Assembly (NCBI GenBank): GCA_965248435.1
Contig: OZ252100.1
Coordinates: forward strand, 4,704,001 to 4,768,000
Direction: 5' to 3'
From: Candidatus Latescibacterota bacterium
GTDB taxonomy: Bacteria; Latescibacterota; UBA2968; GCA-2709665
DNA: 64,000 bases
In this document: positions 27,626 through 36,679 of the stretch, piece by piece
How the letters are laid out: each line of letters starts with the position of its first letter
How positions within the stretch are numbered: position 1 is the first letter of the stretch
Position numbers and translations under genes: made by a program
Notes under the pieces: model-generated
What the model was told of the DNA's origin: nothing
Seen by the model: the letters and a program-made list of their open reading frames with translations, nothing else
Database searches by the model: none

Positions 27626-28828
27626 TCAGTTTCCGGTTGATTGAACGGGGTCTGGTGCGATCACGGGCGTTTCCGTGAAGTACCCGGCTGCAACCCGGTA
27701 AACTGACCGGTGTCCGAACCGCGCCCACAGCTTCCGCAGCACGTAGACCAGCTTGGGGTTGTGCTCTTCTCGCTCCGCAAGCGCGCGTTCGGTGGAACTC
27801 TTCCACTCCCTGCCCACGCTCGCGCTCTCCACAGCATCGATCGAGTCCGCGTAGCGCGCGTGCAGATCGTCGAGACTTGCCTTCGTCGGAACGGCCTTCA
27901 GAGAGAACAGGACTCCGAGCATTGCTGTCCAGTAGCACTTGATGGCTTTTGACTGCTCATCGCGCGGTAGATGCCGAGCGATTTGTTCGACGGCGTGCAG
28001 GGATGTGACCAGGTGAAGGAGCACGAAGTCGCCGGGATTGCTCAGGTACAAGAGCATGACTGCGTAGTAGAGCTGCCCCCAGACCTCCTCCTGGCCGGCG
28101 TTCTCCATCCACAAGGGTGTGGTGTGGATGAGGGGGTGCCCTTCCGCGAGCACTCGGGCGATGTGTAGCTGCGCTCCGGTGTGCTCGAGCACTGGCTGGA
28201 ATCCGGCAGCGACACTGAGCTCCGGGCTGCTGAGCGTGTCATCGACCCAACTCGAGAGAGCTTGTCTGTCGCGGTCCCACTCGGCAGCGATTCGCTGCAT
28301 CGAATTCAACGGCGTGCGGTCAGCGGCTAGAGGCTTCGATTTGGAGAAGGTCCGCTCGGGATAGCACGACACGTAGGAGAACGCGAGGTACGCAAGGCCC
28401 TCGATGGTCATCCCCCTGTGGCCTGCGTCCAAGGCCCAGCCTAGGTGAATCGTTCCGTGGAGGAGTGCCCCCACGCACCCCCGAAGAAGCTCCGGAACGT
28501 AGACCTTGAGGGTCTGCTCGAGGCCAAGGGTCTCGACACGCTCCTCGAAGAAGCGGCAGAGAGAAGTGAACTGCTCGTGCTTCCCGAGGAAGTCTCTCCA
28601 GTTCTCTTCCGTGAGTTGGATGTCCGATTGCTTGGGAGGTTCCAGACCGAACCCGTAGGTAGTTCTCGCGTACTCCTCGACATATGCCGCGATGTCTTCA
28701 GCGGGCGCGCCTAGCCCGTTCAAGGCGATGACAGCGTGCTTGGCGTGGTTGGAAAGGTAGCCGTGGAACTCGATGTGAAAGGACTTGTCGCCCAGCATCT
28801 CGTCAACGCGGGTGTTGTGCTCGGTCAT
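27626..28828 (-). CDS. questin oxidase family protein
   Basis: LSNH...A..AL..LGA, LLHGTIHLGWA, EGLAYLA, DFVLLHLVTSLHA, EEH..K motifs. Confidence 0.8.
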   Translation of the reverse strand: MTEHNTRVDEMLGDKSFHIEFHGYLSNHAKHAVIALNGLGAPAEDIAAYVEEYARTTYGFGLEPPKQSDIQLTEENWRDFLGKHEQFTSLCRFFEERVETLGLEQTLKVYVPELLRGCVGALLHGTIHLGWALDAGHRGMTIEGLAYLAFSYVSCYPERTFSKSKPLAADRTPLNSMQRIAAEWDRDRQALSSWVDDTLSSPELSVAAGFQPVLEHTGAQLHIARVLAEGHPLIHTTPLWMENAGQEEVWGQLYYAVMLLYLSNPGDFVLLHLVTSLHAVEQIARHLPRDEQSKAIKCYWTAMLGVLFSLKAVPTKASLDDLHARYADSIDAVESASVGREWKSSTERALAEREEHNPKLVYVLRKLWARFGHRSVYRVAAGYFTETPVIAPDPVQSTGN

Positions 28829-28952
28829 GTGGTTGCTCCTGTTGTCTGGGTACTACGTGCGGGGGCGATGATCTTCTTCACCGCTGGGCAATTTCAAAGA
28901 TATTTGACTAAATCAACCTGCACACCGTCAGACGCAACAAATCGCTGGACTG

Positions 28953-29258
28953 CTAATCCATGCTATGCGGCTTCACGGTTTCGTAGAGTGTAAATTCGCT
29001 AATAGAGCCTGCATCGCGGATCCGGATGATTGCTCTGTATTCGTCAGAATTATACCAAGCGCGTGCGATCTCTACGGATGGGAATTCCATCACGCCTATG
29101 AGCTTTCCTTCGACTGGCTTGTTATCACTGTCTAATTCACGACCGCGAATTAACATACCACCGCCAAATGTTTCTACCAGTGGCTTGGCGTGGTCAACAT
29201 ATTCCTGAAATTTTTGGCCATCTTTGATTGTAATATCGATCATATAAAACGCTTTCAT
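28953..29258 (-). CDS. DUF1330 domain protein
   Basis: FGG.MLIRG, MEFPS...ARAWYNSDEY motif. Confidence 0.9.
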   Translation of the reverse strand: MKAFYMIDITIKDGQKFQEYVDHAKPLVETFGGGMLIRGRELDSDNKPVEGKLIGVMEFPSVEIARAWYNSDEYRAIIRIRDAGSISEFTLYETVKPHSMD

Positions 29259-29369
29259 TGTCTGTTCCTCTCTCTGTTTGATCCAACCGAAAACTAAAAA
29301 ACTAGACGCCGAATGTGTCCACTAAAAGCAATCTCGCCGCATGGCATTGAGAAAACACGTTGAGTTGAC

Positions 29370-29427
29370 ATGGGACGACCGCTTGCATTTGACCGCAAAA
29401 CAGCTATCGACGCCGCGCTAGCGGCTT
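29370..29427 (+). pseudogene. 5' fragment of a TetR family regulator divergent from DUF1330
   Basis: MGRPLAFDRKTAIDAALAA (typical TetR start, usually followed by FW..GY), cut at GCAATT 29428-29433; not in the ORF track. Confidence 0.7.
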
Positions 29428-29448
29428 GCAATTCGCTCGACCGCATGG

Positions 29449-30066
29449 TTAGAAGTTGCGCTTCAGCACCAGCGGAGACGGTTGTCCCCACTTGCCGGTG
29501 AACACGAACTGACTCAGCGGCTTTCGCTGCCTCGGTGTTAGATCGCGCTCTTTCAGAGCATCTGGCAGTTTGGCCGGGTCTGCCTTGTATCCGATCGCCA
29601 TAGCCGTCCACGCCTCATAATGCTCCGGTATTTGGTAGACCTCACGCGCCTTGTCGGGAAGTATACCGATCATCTGATGGACACACAGGCCTCGGGCCGT
29701 CGCCTCGACCACCAAATTTCCGGCGGCAAGACCAAGGTCGTGAACGGCGGCCCGATTGTCCTTGTTGTTCTGCGAAAATTTCAGACTAACGACACCCAAC
29801 ACAAGCACCGGTGCAGCCTTCGCCCACTCTTGATTTGCCTCTACGAGACAGGAGAGGAGTCGTGCGAACTCCTCAGGATTTTCCTTGGTCGCAACAAAAA
29901 AGTTCCAAGGCTGTTCGTTATAGGAGGACGCTGCCCAGCGAGCCGCCTCAAACAAAGAGCGGAGGTCGGCCTCCGCAACCGACCGGTCTTCGAAGCCGTA
30001 GGGGCTCCACCGTTCCGCAAGAAGGTCGTGGATTGGATAATCTGTCGATGCTTTCTTATCAGTCAT
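29449..30066 (-). CDS. nitroreductase family protein
   Basis: ERWSP, EAARWAASSYNEQPW, HDLG.A, HQMIG, AIGY, RQRKPL. Confidence 0.93.
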   Translation of the reverse strand: MTDKKASTDYPIHDLLAERWSPYGFEDRSVAEADLRSLFEAARWAASSYNEQPWNFFVATKENPEEFARLLSCLVEANQEWAKAAPVLVLGVVSLKFSQNNKDNRAAVHDLGLAAGNLVVEATARGLCVHQMIGILPDKAREVYQIPEHYEAWTAMAIGYKADPAKLPDALKERDLTPRQRKPLSQFVFTGKWGQPSPLVLKRNF

Positions 30067-30402
30067 AATCGTTCTCCATTAGATTAATTTAAGATTCTTT
30101 ACTTTAGTAGCTGCGTTGCAACCACCACTGTATTAATTAATTACGTCGCTGGATCTACCCCGTGCACTCCTTGTATAGATGGAAACCGTTCCGCAAATAT
30201 TGCTTAATTCTGTCTCCTTCTGTGAAGCCTTCCAAATGGCTTTTCCTTACTTGGCGTAGAGAAACTCAATCTAAATGGCGGATTTCTGATCCGATTTGCC
30301 GTCAGGCTTTCGACGACCGTCAGTGATGATGCTGCCAGCGGAAAACGCTCGTTTCAGTTCACACTTCTTCACACCGGCACCAAGGCTGAAGCCCCACGAG
30401 GA

Positions 30403-30751
30403 TCAGGAGATGTCGCTGCGGGTCAGCTCGATGTTCAGGTCACTTCGGATGTAGATCTCGATGAACTCGGGCAGCAACACGTCGTTTGCTAGGAGTGTGA
30501 ACCGTTCGGTCAGCCTGTGCTCGGGCCTGTCGGTGAGGTGAACGATACGCCACCTGATCTGGGCTCGTATCGAGGAGCACAGGCTCGCCGATAGCCCTTA
30601 GAAGTCGATCGTGGGGTGAAGCGTACATCATCGAATCACTCTCACACAGCTCGAGATATTCCAGGAGATCCATCACTTCCTCTTGATGCTGGTCATACAG
30701 TTCCTTGAACCAATCTAATCTGTCTGTCGTAGGGGTTACTAACGTAGACAT
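30403..30751 (-). pseudogene. hypothetical protein, probably frameshifted near 30540
   Basis: AAGGAGG RBS before ATG 30751; a second frame gives a plausible tail (...LLPEFIEIYIRSDLNIELTRSDIS*). Confidence 0.45.
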
Positions 30752-31142
30752 GGCCAAACCTCCTTTAGGTGACGCTTTAGCAACTGAAATCGTAACGATC
30801 CAGGATATGCGCGGGAACGCTCGGTAAAGGGCAGCCCCGCAAGGAGCATTTCTGGCAGCCGGGAGGGAGTTAGCCGACCAGGAAGGCCCCGTCTAGGATC
30901 ATTCCTAGCCACGAGGCTGCCCTGACGCTCGTCTTCATAGATAAATCAGATAGAGCCAAACAGACGGGTTGCCCCATCAGAACCTACAAACAGTAATCTG
31001 AAATAGTTCACTTTCTAGGCCCTCGAACTCGTAAGCCTCGACGAAATCTCCTTCTGATCTCCGGGAGCCGAGAAAGTCTTATGGGCCAAGTCTGGTCGTG
31101 GAGATATACCATACGGTGTGAAAGTCTTCCCAACATAACGCC

Positions 31143-31193
31143 CTCCTTTTCGAAGTCCGCATCGGTCAGGATCGTGTGAGTTGTATTCTCCAT
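31143..31193 (-). pseudogene. 5' fragment of a thioredoxin-like gene
   Basis: MENTTHTILTDADFEKE resembles the thioredoxin N-terminus; similarity is lost before any WCxxC. Confidence 0.45.
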
Positions 31194-31207
31194 TGCGCTG
31201 TCTCGCA

Positions 31208-31224
31208 TTGCAAGGCGTATGCCA
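31208..31224 (-). promoter_or_regulatory. sigma54 (-24/-12) promoter
   Basis: Minus strand TGGCATACGCCTTGCA with canonical GG-N10-GC spacing, downstream of a bEBP gene fragment. Confidence 0.65.
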
Positions 31225-31358
31225 AAAACAAAAACCATTTGAGAAATGACTCAAATGGTTGGAAATACAACACCAAACTCAACAGAACCGTTTTACGGGC
31301 CTTCGGAAGAGACAAAAAAATCCCAATATCTTGGAGACTCGTTAAATATTGATAATTC

Positions 31359-31686
31359 TCATCTCTTGCACTTGATCCCTAGTTTCTTCATCCTCGCCTG
31401 CAAAGTCGTTGGCTTTATTTCCAGAATCTTTGCCGCACCCTTTTCTCCGCTTACCCGCCAGCCCGTTTGGTCCAACACTTTTAGGATATGTTCTCGCTCA
31501 AGCTCTTCCAGAGTAGAAACCGATGACCCGGCGGACGAGGCACGGGTTTTCGGGAGCCAGTCGCCCAATTCCAGTTGCCTTCCTGGGCTGGTGATCATGG
31601 CCCGCTCGATCACATTTTCCAGCTCCCGAACATTGCCCGGCCAGTGGTAGGCCTGCAGTTTGTCGAATTCTTTTTGCGGAATCGTT
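31359..31686 (-). pseudogene. 3' fragment of a sigma54-dependent Fis-family activator
   Basis: YHWPGNVRELENVIER and HTH (GAAKILEIKPTTLQARMKKLGI) present; Walker A and GAFTGA absent. Confidence 0.85.
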
Positions 31687-31986
31687 GCCGGTGACGGGAT
31701 CATTGCCTTAATCGACAAAGATGTGCCGGAGTTTCTGGACACGAAAAAAAACACACGGCCAAACAGCGGAGTCAGTTCCATCTTCGGAAGGCCCTGATCC
31801 AGGCATGCAGTGACAAAATCTAATTGCACCCCGATGGCGAAGTTCAGCTTGATCTGCGGCTGAGTCCTCGTAGATTAGCCGAGGTCTTTCTTTCTTCTGC
31901 CAATAAGTTTAAACATCGAGATCGCGTTGTCTCTTGCCCCTACAGGTCTATAAATCCTTCTATCAAGCAAGCGTGATACACCCCTC

Positions 31987-32023
31987 CGCCATACGGGCAG
32001 CTACGGGGGGCTGCCCGTATGGC
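31987..32023. repeat. REP-like palindrome
   Basis: CGCCATACGGGCAGC-N7-GCTGCCCGTATGGCG. Confidence 0.65.
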
Positions 32024-32074
32024 GACGGGCGTTGCGTTTGACGAGATACACTTATACGAGATACGGACTTTACC

Positions 32075-34234
32075 ATGGCACGCCTCAAAGGCGTAATTGA
32101 GCGGATCACATATCAGAACGAGACGTCCGGATACACTGTCGCCCGGCTGCTGCCTGAAGGCCGGGGGAAAGGGGTCGTGACGGTCGTCGGTGAGACGATT
32201 CAGCTTAGTGCCGGGGAGTCTGTTCTGCTGGACGGGGATTGGGCGACCCATCCGCAATACGGGCGGCAGTTCAAGATCGTTTCTTATCTGACGGAGCAGC
32301 CCGCCACGATCGATGGCATTCGAAAATATCTCGGTTCGGGGATGATCAAAGGGATCGGACCGGTCACAGCCGGGCGAATCGTGGATCATTTCAAGACAGA
32401 GACCCTCGAGATCATCGAGAAAGCCCCGAAGCGCCTCACGGAGGTCCCGGGATTGGGGCCCAAGCGCGTGGACGGAATCATAGAGGCGTGGCGAGATCAG
32501 CAGGAGATCCGGCAGGTGATGCTTTTCCTCCAATCTCACGATGTGGGTGCCGGTTACGCCGTTAAGATCTGGAAGCAATACGGTCAGGAGGCCGTTTCGG
32601 TCATTCAGGAGAATCCTTACAGGCTGGCGAGAGACATCTGGGGCATCGGGTTTCAGACGGCAGATCGGATCGCCGGGAAATTTGGCGTGGAAAAGGATTC
32701 CGAAAAGCGGATCCTCGCCGGGCTTCGGCACGTGTTGAACACGGCGGCCGACGAAGGGGGACACGTCTTCCTCCCGGCCGATGAACTGATGGCCATCTCT
32801 TCAGAGACCCTGGAGGTGGGCGTTAAGAAGATTGCACCCCGCCTGGAGATCCTTCGGCTGGCGGAGGAAGTGGTCGTGGAGGAGAATCGGGTCTATACGC
32901 CAGCGCTGTATTATGCCGAACAGGGGACAACGACCCGAATTCACCAACTATCGAGCATCCAGAAGATCGAGGCCGGGGATGTAGATCGAGAGATTCGTGA
33001 CATTGAAGAAGCCGATGAAATTCGTTTCGCGGAGCTTCAGAGGGTCTCGCTTCGAAAGGCCCTTTCCCACAGTTTGCTCGTGATAACAGGGGGGCCAGGA
33101 ACGGGAAAGACGACCACGGTCAGGGGGATCATCAAGCTGTTCGAGGCGCGGGGTAAGCGCATCGCGCTTGCGGCACCGACGGGGCGGGCGGCGAAGCGAA
33201 TGTTCGAAGCCACCGGAAGGGAGGCGAAGACGATTCATCGATTGCTCCAGTTCAGTCCCAGGAAGACGAGGTTCGAAAGGGACTTCGAGCATCCGCTGGA
33301 GATTGATGCCCTGATTGTCGATGAAATCTCTATGGTGGACATCTATCTGATGAACAGCCTGTTGCAGGCTGTTCCGCTGAGTGCCACCCTGGTGCTGGTT
33401 GGTGATGTGGACCAGCTGCCCTCCGTCGGGCCCGGCAGCGTGCTTAAAGATGTAATCGCTTCCGGGGCTGTCGAAACCGTCAGTCTAAATGAGATCTTCA
33501 GGCAGGCGGAGGCGAGCCGAATCGTCAGGAATGCGCACGAGATTAATGTTGGTGAATTCCCTGACATTCAAAATACTCAGGGGTCCGACTTCTTTTTTGT
33601 CGAGGAAGAGGATCCGGGGAAGGTCGCAGAAACGATCTGCGATCTTTGCAAGAAGCGGCTCCCGGGCGCCTACGGGATCGATCCGATGGACGACATTCAG
33701 GTGCTGAGTCCGATGTACCGCGGAGAGACGGGCGCCGAGAACCTCAACTGTCTGCTGCAGCAGACGCTCAATCCAGATGGAACGGAACTGCAGAAGGGCG
33801 CGACCCGGTTTCGTGTGGGTGACAAGGTGATGCAGATCCGGAACAACTATGACAAGGACGTCTTCAACGGGGATATCGGCCGAATCCAATCGATCGTTGA
33901 GGCTGAGCAGGTTGTATCGGTGTCCTTCCCCGACCGAACGGCGCAATATGAGTTCTCCGAACTGGACGAGATCGTTCTGGCTTATGCAATCACTGTCCAC
34001 AAGAGCCAGGGCTCGGAGTATCGCTCGGTAATCCTCCCGTTAACGACTCAGCATTATGTGATGCTGCAGCGCAATTTGCTCTACACCGCGATCACACGTG
34101 CGAAGGAGCTTGTGGTAATCGTCGGGACAACAAAAGCGTTGGGAATTGCGGTTCGAAATAATGTAGTGAATGAACGCCATACGTTTCTGGCGGACCGTGT
34201 CCGCCAAAAGCGTCAGCTTCTGGTTTCAAGTTAA
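32075..34234 (+). CDS. recD2: ATP-dependent RecD-like DNA helicase
   Basis: N-terminal OB/HhH region, GGPGTGKT, DEISM, GDVDQL, TVHKSQGSE, YTAITRA. Confidence 0.95.
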   Translation: MARLKGVIERITYQNETSGYTVARLLPEGRGKGVVTVVGETIQLSAGESVLLDGDWATHPQYGRQFKIVSYLTEQPATIDGIRKYLGSGMIKGIGPVTAGRIVDHFKTETLEIIEKAPKRLTEVPGLGPKRVDGIIEAWRDQQEIRQVMLFLQSHDVGAGYAVKIWKQYGQEAVSVIQENPYRLARDIWGIGFQTADRIAGKFGVEKDSEKRILAGLRHVLNTAADEGGHVFLPADELMAISSETLEVGVKKIAPRLEILRLAEEVVVEENRVYTPALYYAEQGTTTRIHQLSSIQKIEAGDVDREIRDIEEADEIRFAELQRVSLRKALSHSLLVITGGPGTGKTTTVRGIIKLFEARGKRIALAAPTGRAAKRMFEATGREAKTIHRLLQFSPRKTRFERDFEHPLEIDALIVDEISMVDIYLMNSLLQAVPLSATLVLVGDVDQLPSVGPGSVLKDVIASGAVETVSLNEIFRQAEASRIVRNAHEINVGEFPDIQNTQGSDFFFVEEEDPGKVAETICDLCKKRLPGAYGIDPMDDIQVLSPMYRGETGAENLNCLLQQTLNPDGTELQKGATRFRVGDKVMQIRNNYDKDVFNGDIGRIQSIVEAEQVVSVSFPDRTAQYEFSELDEIVLAYAITVHKSQGSEYRSVILPLTTQHYVMLQRNLLYTAITRAKELVVIVGTTKALGIAVRNNVVNERHTFLADRVRQKRQLLVSS

Positions 34235-34261
34235 ATCGAGTCGAGCGCTCCACGCACAAAG

Positions 34262-34885
34262 ATGGGTCAGGAGTTACTTCACGTGTTCACTCACATTTCC
34301 AAAGCCACCTCGACGCTGATCATCTGCCTTACGCTGATTTCACCAGACCCGGCGGCTTCACAGTCGGGCGTGGGTGTGACGATCGACCGCCAGTCTCGGC
34401 CAACTCCAGCGACCTGGTCGCAAATTATCGAAGCCTCTTTCTATGCCCCATCTGAATTCAGATTCCTCGTGACAAAGAGCGAGTTCGGTCCAGCCCAAAG
34501 CCGGGCTATTCACAGAAGATCTGAACTCAATCCCGACCGAGTCAAACGCATCGAGGCTACGTATTCACCGGCACGCTTGAGGCGCCTGGAGAAGCTTTCG
34601 GCATTCGCGTCGGAGGCGGTTCGCAAGCTGGGCGAGGCATCTTCTCCCTCTCCGGCCCAGATCACCAGGTTGCAAGCGGTTTCGCCCGGATTCAACGCCT
34701 CTCTCGTCCGCGGATCCCAGCTCAGCCAATCGGAGCGATCCAGATTGAAGCGATCCCTGCCGAAGGATCTCCTCCTCGGCTACTTGAGACGCAATTCGCA
34801 GTTTTCGGACCCGAGTCTTATCGAACGCCGGTCTCAGGCCTCTTCGGCTGAGGCCCGCGTGATACGCCGCCTCTCGACGGACTAA
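34262..34885 (+). CDS. hypothetical protein, possibly secreted
   Basis: 207-aa ORF filling the gap; hydrophobic N-terminal segment; no family recognised. Confidence 0.55.
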   Translation: MGQELLHVFTHISKATSTLIICLTLISPDPAASQSGVGVTIDRQSRPTPATWSQIIEASFYAPSEFRFLVTKSEFGPAQSRAIHRRSELNPDRVKRIEATYSPARLRRLEKLSAFASEAVRKLGEASSPSPAQITRLQAVSPGFNASLVRGSQLSQSERSRLKRSLPKDLLLGYLRRNSQFSDPSLIERRSQASSAEARVIRRLSTD

Positions 34886-34985
34886 TCCTTCCGCTTGACA
34901 ATCCCTTCGTAGAATCTTTATGATGTATGTGCTAAAGGCAAGGCGCCTTGTTTTTCCTCGTGCCGGGATGTGCTTGGAGTAACCC

Positions 34986-36578
34986 ATGCTGGCCACAGAG
35001 CTGAAGGCTCAGATTGAAAACCTCTGCCGCATCGGCATCGCGCTTTCGAGTGAGCGTGATATCGACGTGCTCCTGGAAATGATCGTAGACGAGTCCAGGC
35101 GGTTTACTCGAGCAGATGCGGGGACCCTCTATTCTGTTAGCGAGGACGGAAAGCATCTTGACTGGAAGATCGTACAGAACGATTCCATGGAGACGCGGAT
35201 TGGGGGCACAAGTTCAGTTAAAGTAGACAAGACCGTGTTTCCGCCGGTGCCTCTCGTGACTGACGGACAGGTGAACCTCTCGAACGTGTCTACCTACGTT
35301 GCGAATACGGGTCAAGCAGTGAATATTCCCGACGTTTACGAAGCAGAAGGGTTCGACTTTACCGGCCCTCGACGGTATGATGAGGCAACTGGCTATCGAT
35401 CGCGCTCCATGCTGGTTGTGCCGCTTCGAAACCACGAAGATGACAATATCGGTGTGCTGCAGCTCTTGAACGCCCAGGATTCAGAGAAAAAGGTTATACC
35501 CTTTCCGTCCGACTACGAGAACCTCGTAACATCTCTTGCCTCTCAGGCCGCGATCGGAATCACAAATGCTCGTCTGATCCAGGACCTGGAAAATCTTTTC
35601 GATTCGTTTATTCAAACGATTGCTGCCGCGATTGACGAAAAATCTCCTTACACCGCTGGCCACGTACGTAGAGTTGCGGAATTGACGATGATGATCGCAG
35701 AACAAATCAACGGGTCCAAGGACGGGCTGTGGGGGAAGGTGAGATTTGGTACGGATGAGCTGAACGAACTCCGTATTGCGGCCTGGATGCACGATGTGGG
35801 GAAAATTACGACCCCGGAGTATGTGGTGGATAAGTCCACGAAACTGGAAACGATTTACGATCGGCTTGAAACCATCCGAACGCGTTACGAGATTCTGATC
35901 CGGGATGCCGAGATTTCCAGCCTGAGGAAGAAGCTCGAGGTCCGGGAAGGCGAGTCCGACGTGCTGGATCGAATCGAAAAGGAGTTTCAACGGCAGGTGT
36001 CGGCACTCAGAGAGGAACTGGCCTTCATCACTCAGTGCAACACGGGTGGCGAGTTCATGGCCGATGAACATATCGACCGACTTGCGGGGATCGCAGGACA
36101 GAGTTATCAGATGAACGGGGACCTTCACAACCGGCTGACCGAAGATGAGGTTTACAACCTGTCGATTCGAAAGGGGACGCTGACAGAGGAGGAGCGCCAG
36201 ATCATCAACAACCATGCGGCCGTGAGCATCAAGATGCTGACTCAGCTTCCGTTTTCCAAAAAACTCGGGCAGATTCCGAGATATGCGGGCGGTCACCACG
36301 AGAAACTGAACGGGAAGGGATATCCAGGCGGGCTGACGGCAGATCAGCTGCCCCTCCAGGCACGGATCATGGCGGTCGCTGATATCTTCGAAGCCCTGAC
36401 TGCGCCGGATCGCCCATACCGGCGGCCGATGCCCCTTTCCCAGGCGCTCAAGATCATGGGATTTATGGTGAAGGATCAGGAGCTGGATCGCAAGATTGTG
36501 GATCTGGTCGTGGAGAGCGGACTGGCGTTGAGATATGCAAAAAAAGAGTTGAACGCCGACCAGGTGGACGTTGAATAG
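34986..36578 (+). CDS. GAF + HD-GYP phosphodiesterase
   Basis: GAF (ADAGTLY, SMLVVPL), HDVGK, HHEKLNGKGYP, ADIFEALT..DRPY. Confidence 0.93.
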   Translation: MLATELKAQIENLCRIGIALSSERDIDVLLEMIVDESRRFTRADAGTLYSVSEDGKHLDWKIVQNDSMETRIGGTSSVKVDKTVFPPVPLVTDGQVNLSNVSTYVANTGQAVNIPDVYEAEGFDFTGPRRYDEATGYRSRSMLVVPLRNHEDDNIGVLQLLNAQDSEKKVIPFPSDYENLVTSLASQAAIGITNARLIQDLENLFDSFIQTIAAAIDEKSPYTAGHVRRVAELTMMIAEQINGSKDGLWGKVRFGTDELNELRIAAWMHDVGKITTPEYVVDKSTKLETIYDRLETIRTRYEILIRDAEISSLRKKLEVREGESDVLDRIEKEFQRQVSALREELAFITQCNTGGEFMADEHIDRLAGIAGQSYQMNGDLHNRLTEDEVYNLSIRKGTLTEEERQIINNHAAVSIKMLTQLPFSKKLGQIPRYAGGHHEKLNGKGYPGGLTADQLPLQARIMAVADIFEALTAPDRPYRRPMPLSQALKIMGFMVKDQELDRKIVDLVVESGLALRYAKKELNADQVDVE

Positions 36579-36602
36579 GTGATCGAAAAGGAAGTTGTGG
36601 CT

Positions 36603-36650
36603 AAAGAGGAAAGGGGACTCGCTTGTGCGCGAGTCCCCTTTCCTCTTTTT
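36603..36650. terminator. bidirectional intrinsic terminator
   Basis: 20-bp perfect stem AAAGAGGAAAGGGGACTCGC / GCGAGTCCCCTTTCCTCTTT between convergent genes. Confidence 0.85.
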
Positions 36651-36679
36651 AGTTGACCTCTCTAAAGAGGCTTCGTCTG

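Larger units (their letters stand above)
24496..31944. mobile_element. putative non-autonomous element bounded by 37-bp imperfect terminal inverted repeats
   Basis: 24496-24532 vs reverse complement of 31908-31944 match 30/37; interior is radC, IS30 and mosaic truncated cargo; flanks are ordinary chromosomal genes. Confidence 0.7.

Noticed and set aside
26540-30120. Classical integron cassette array
   Set aside because: No intI, no complete attC, mixed gene orientations and truncated genes; only one half-site.
24496-31944. Assigning the outer element to the Tn3 or Tn7 family
   Set aside because: GGGG or TGT ends are suggestive, but there is no 5-bp target duplication (GTGTA/TACAG or TTGTG/GGTCT) and no tnpA/tns genes.
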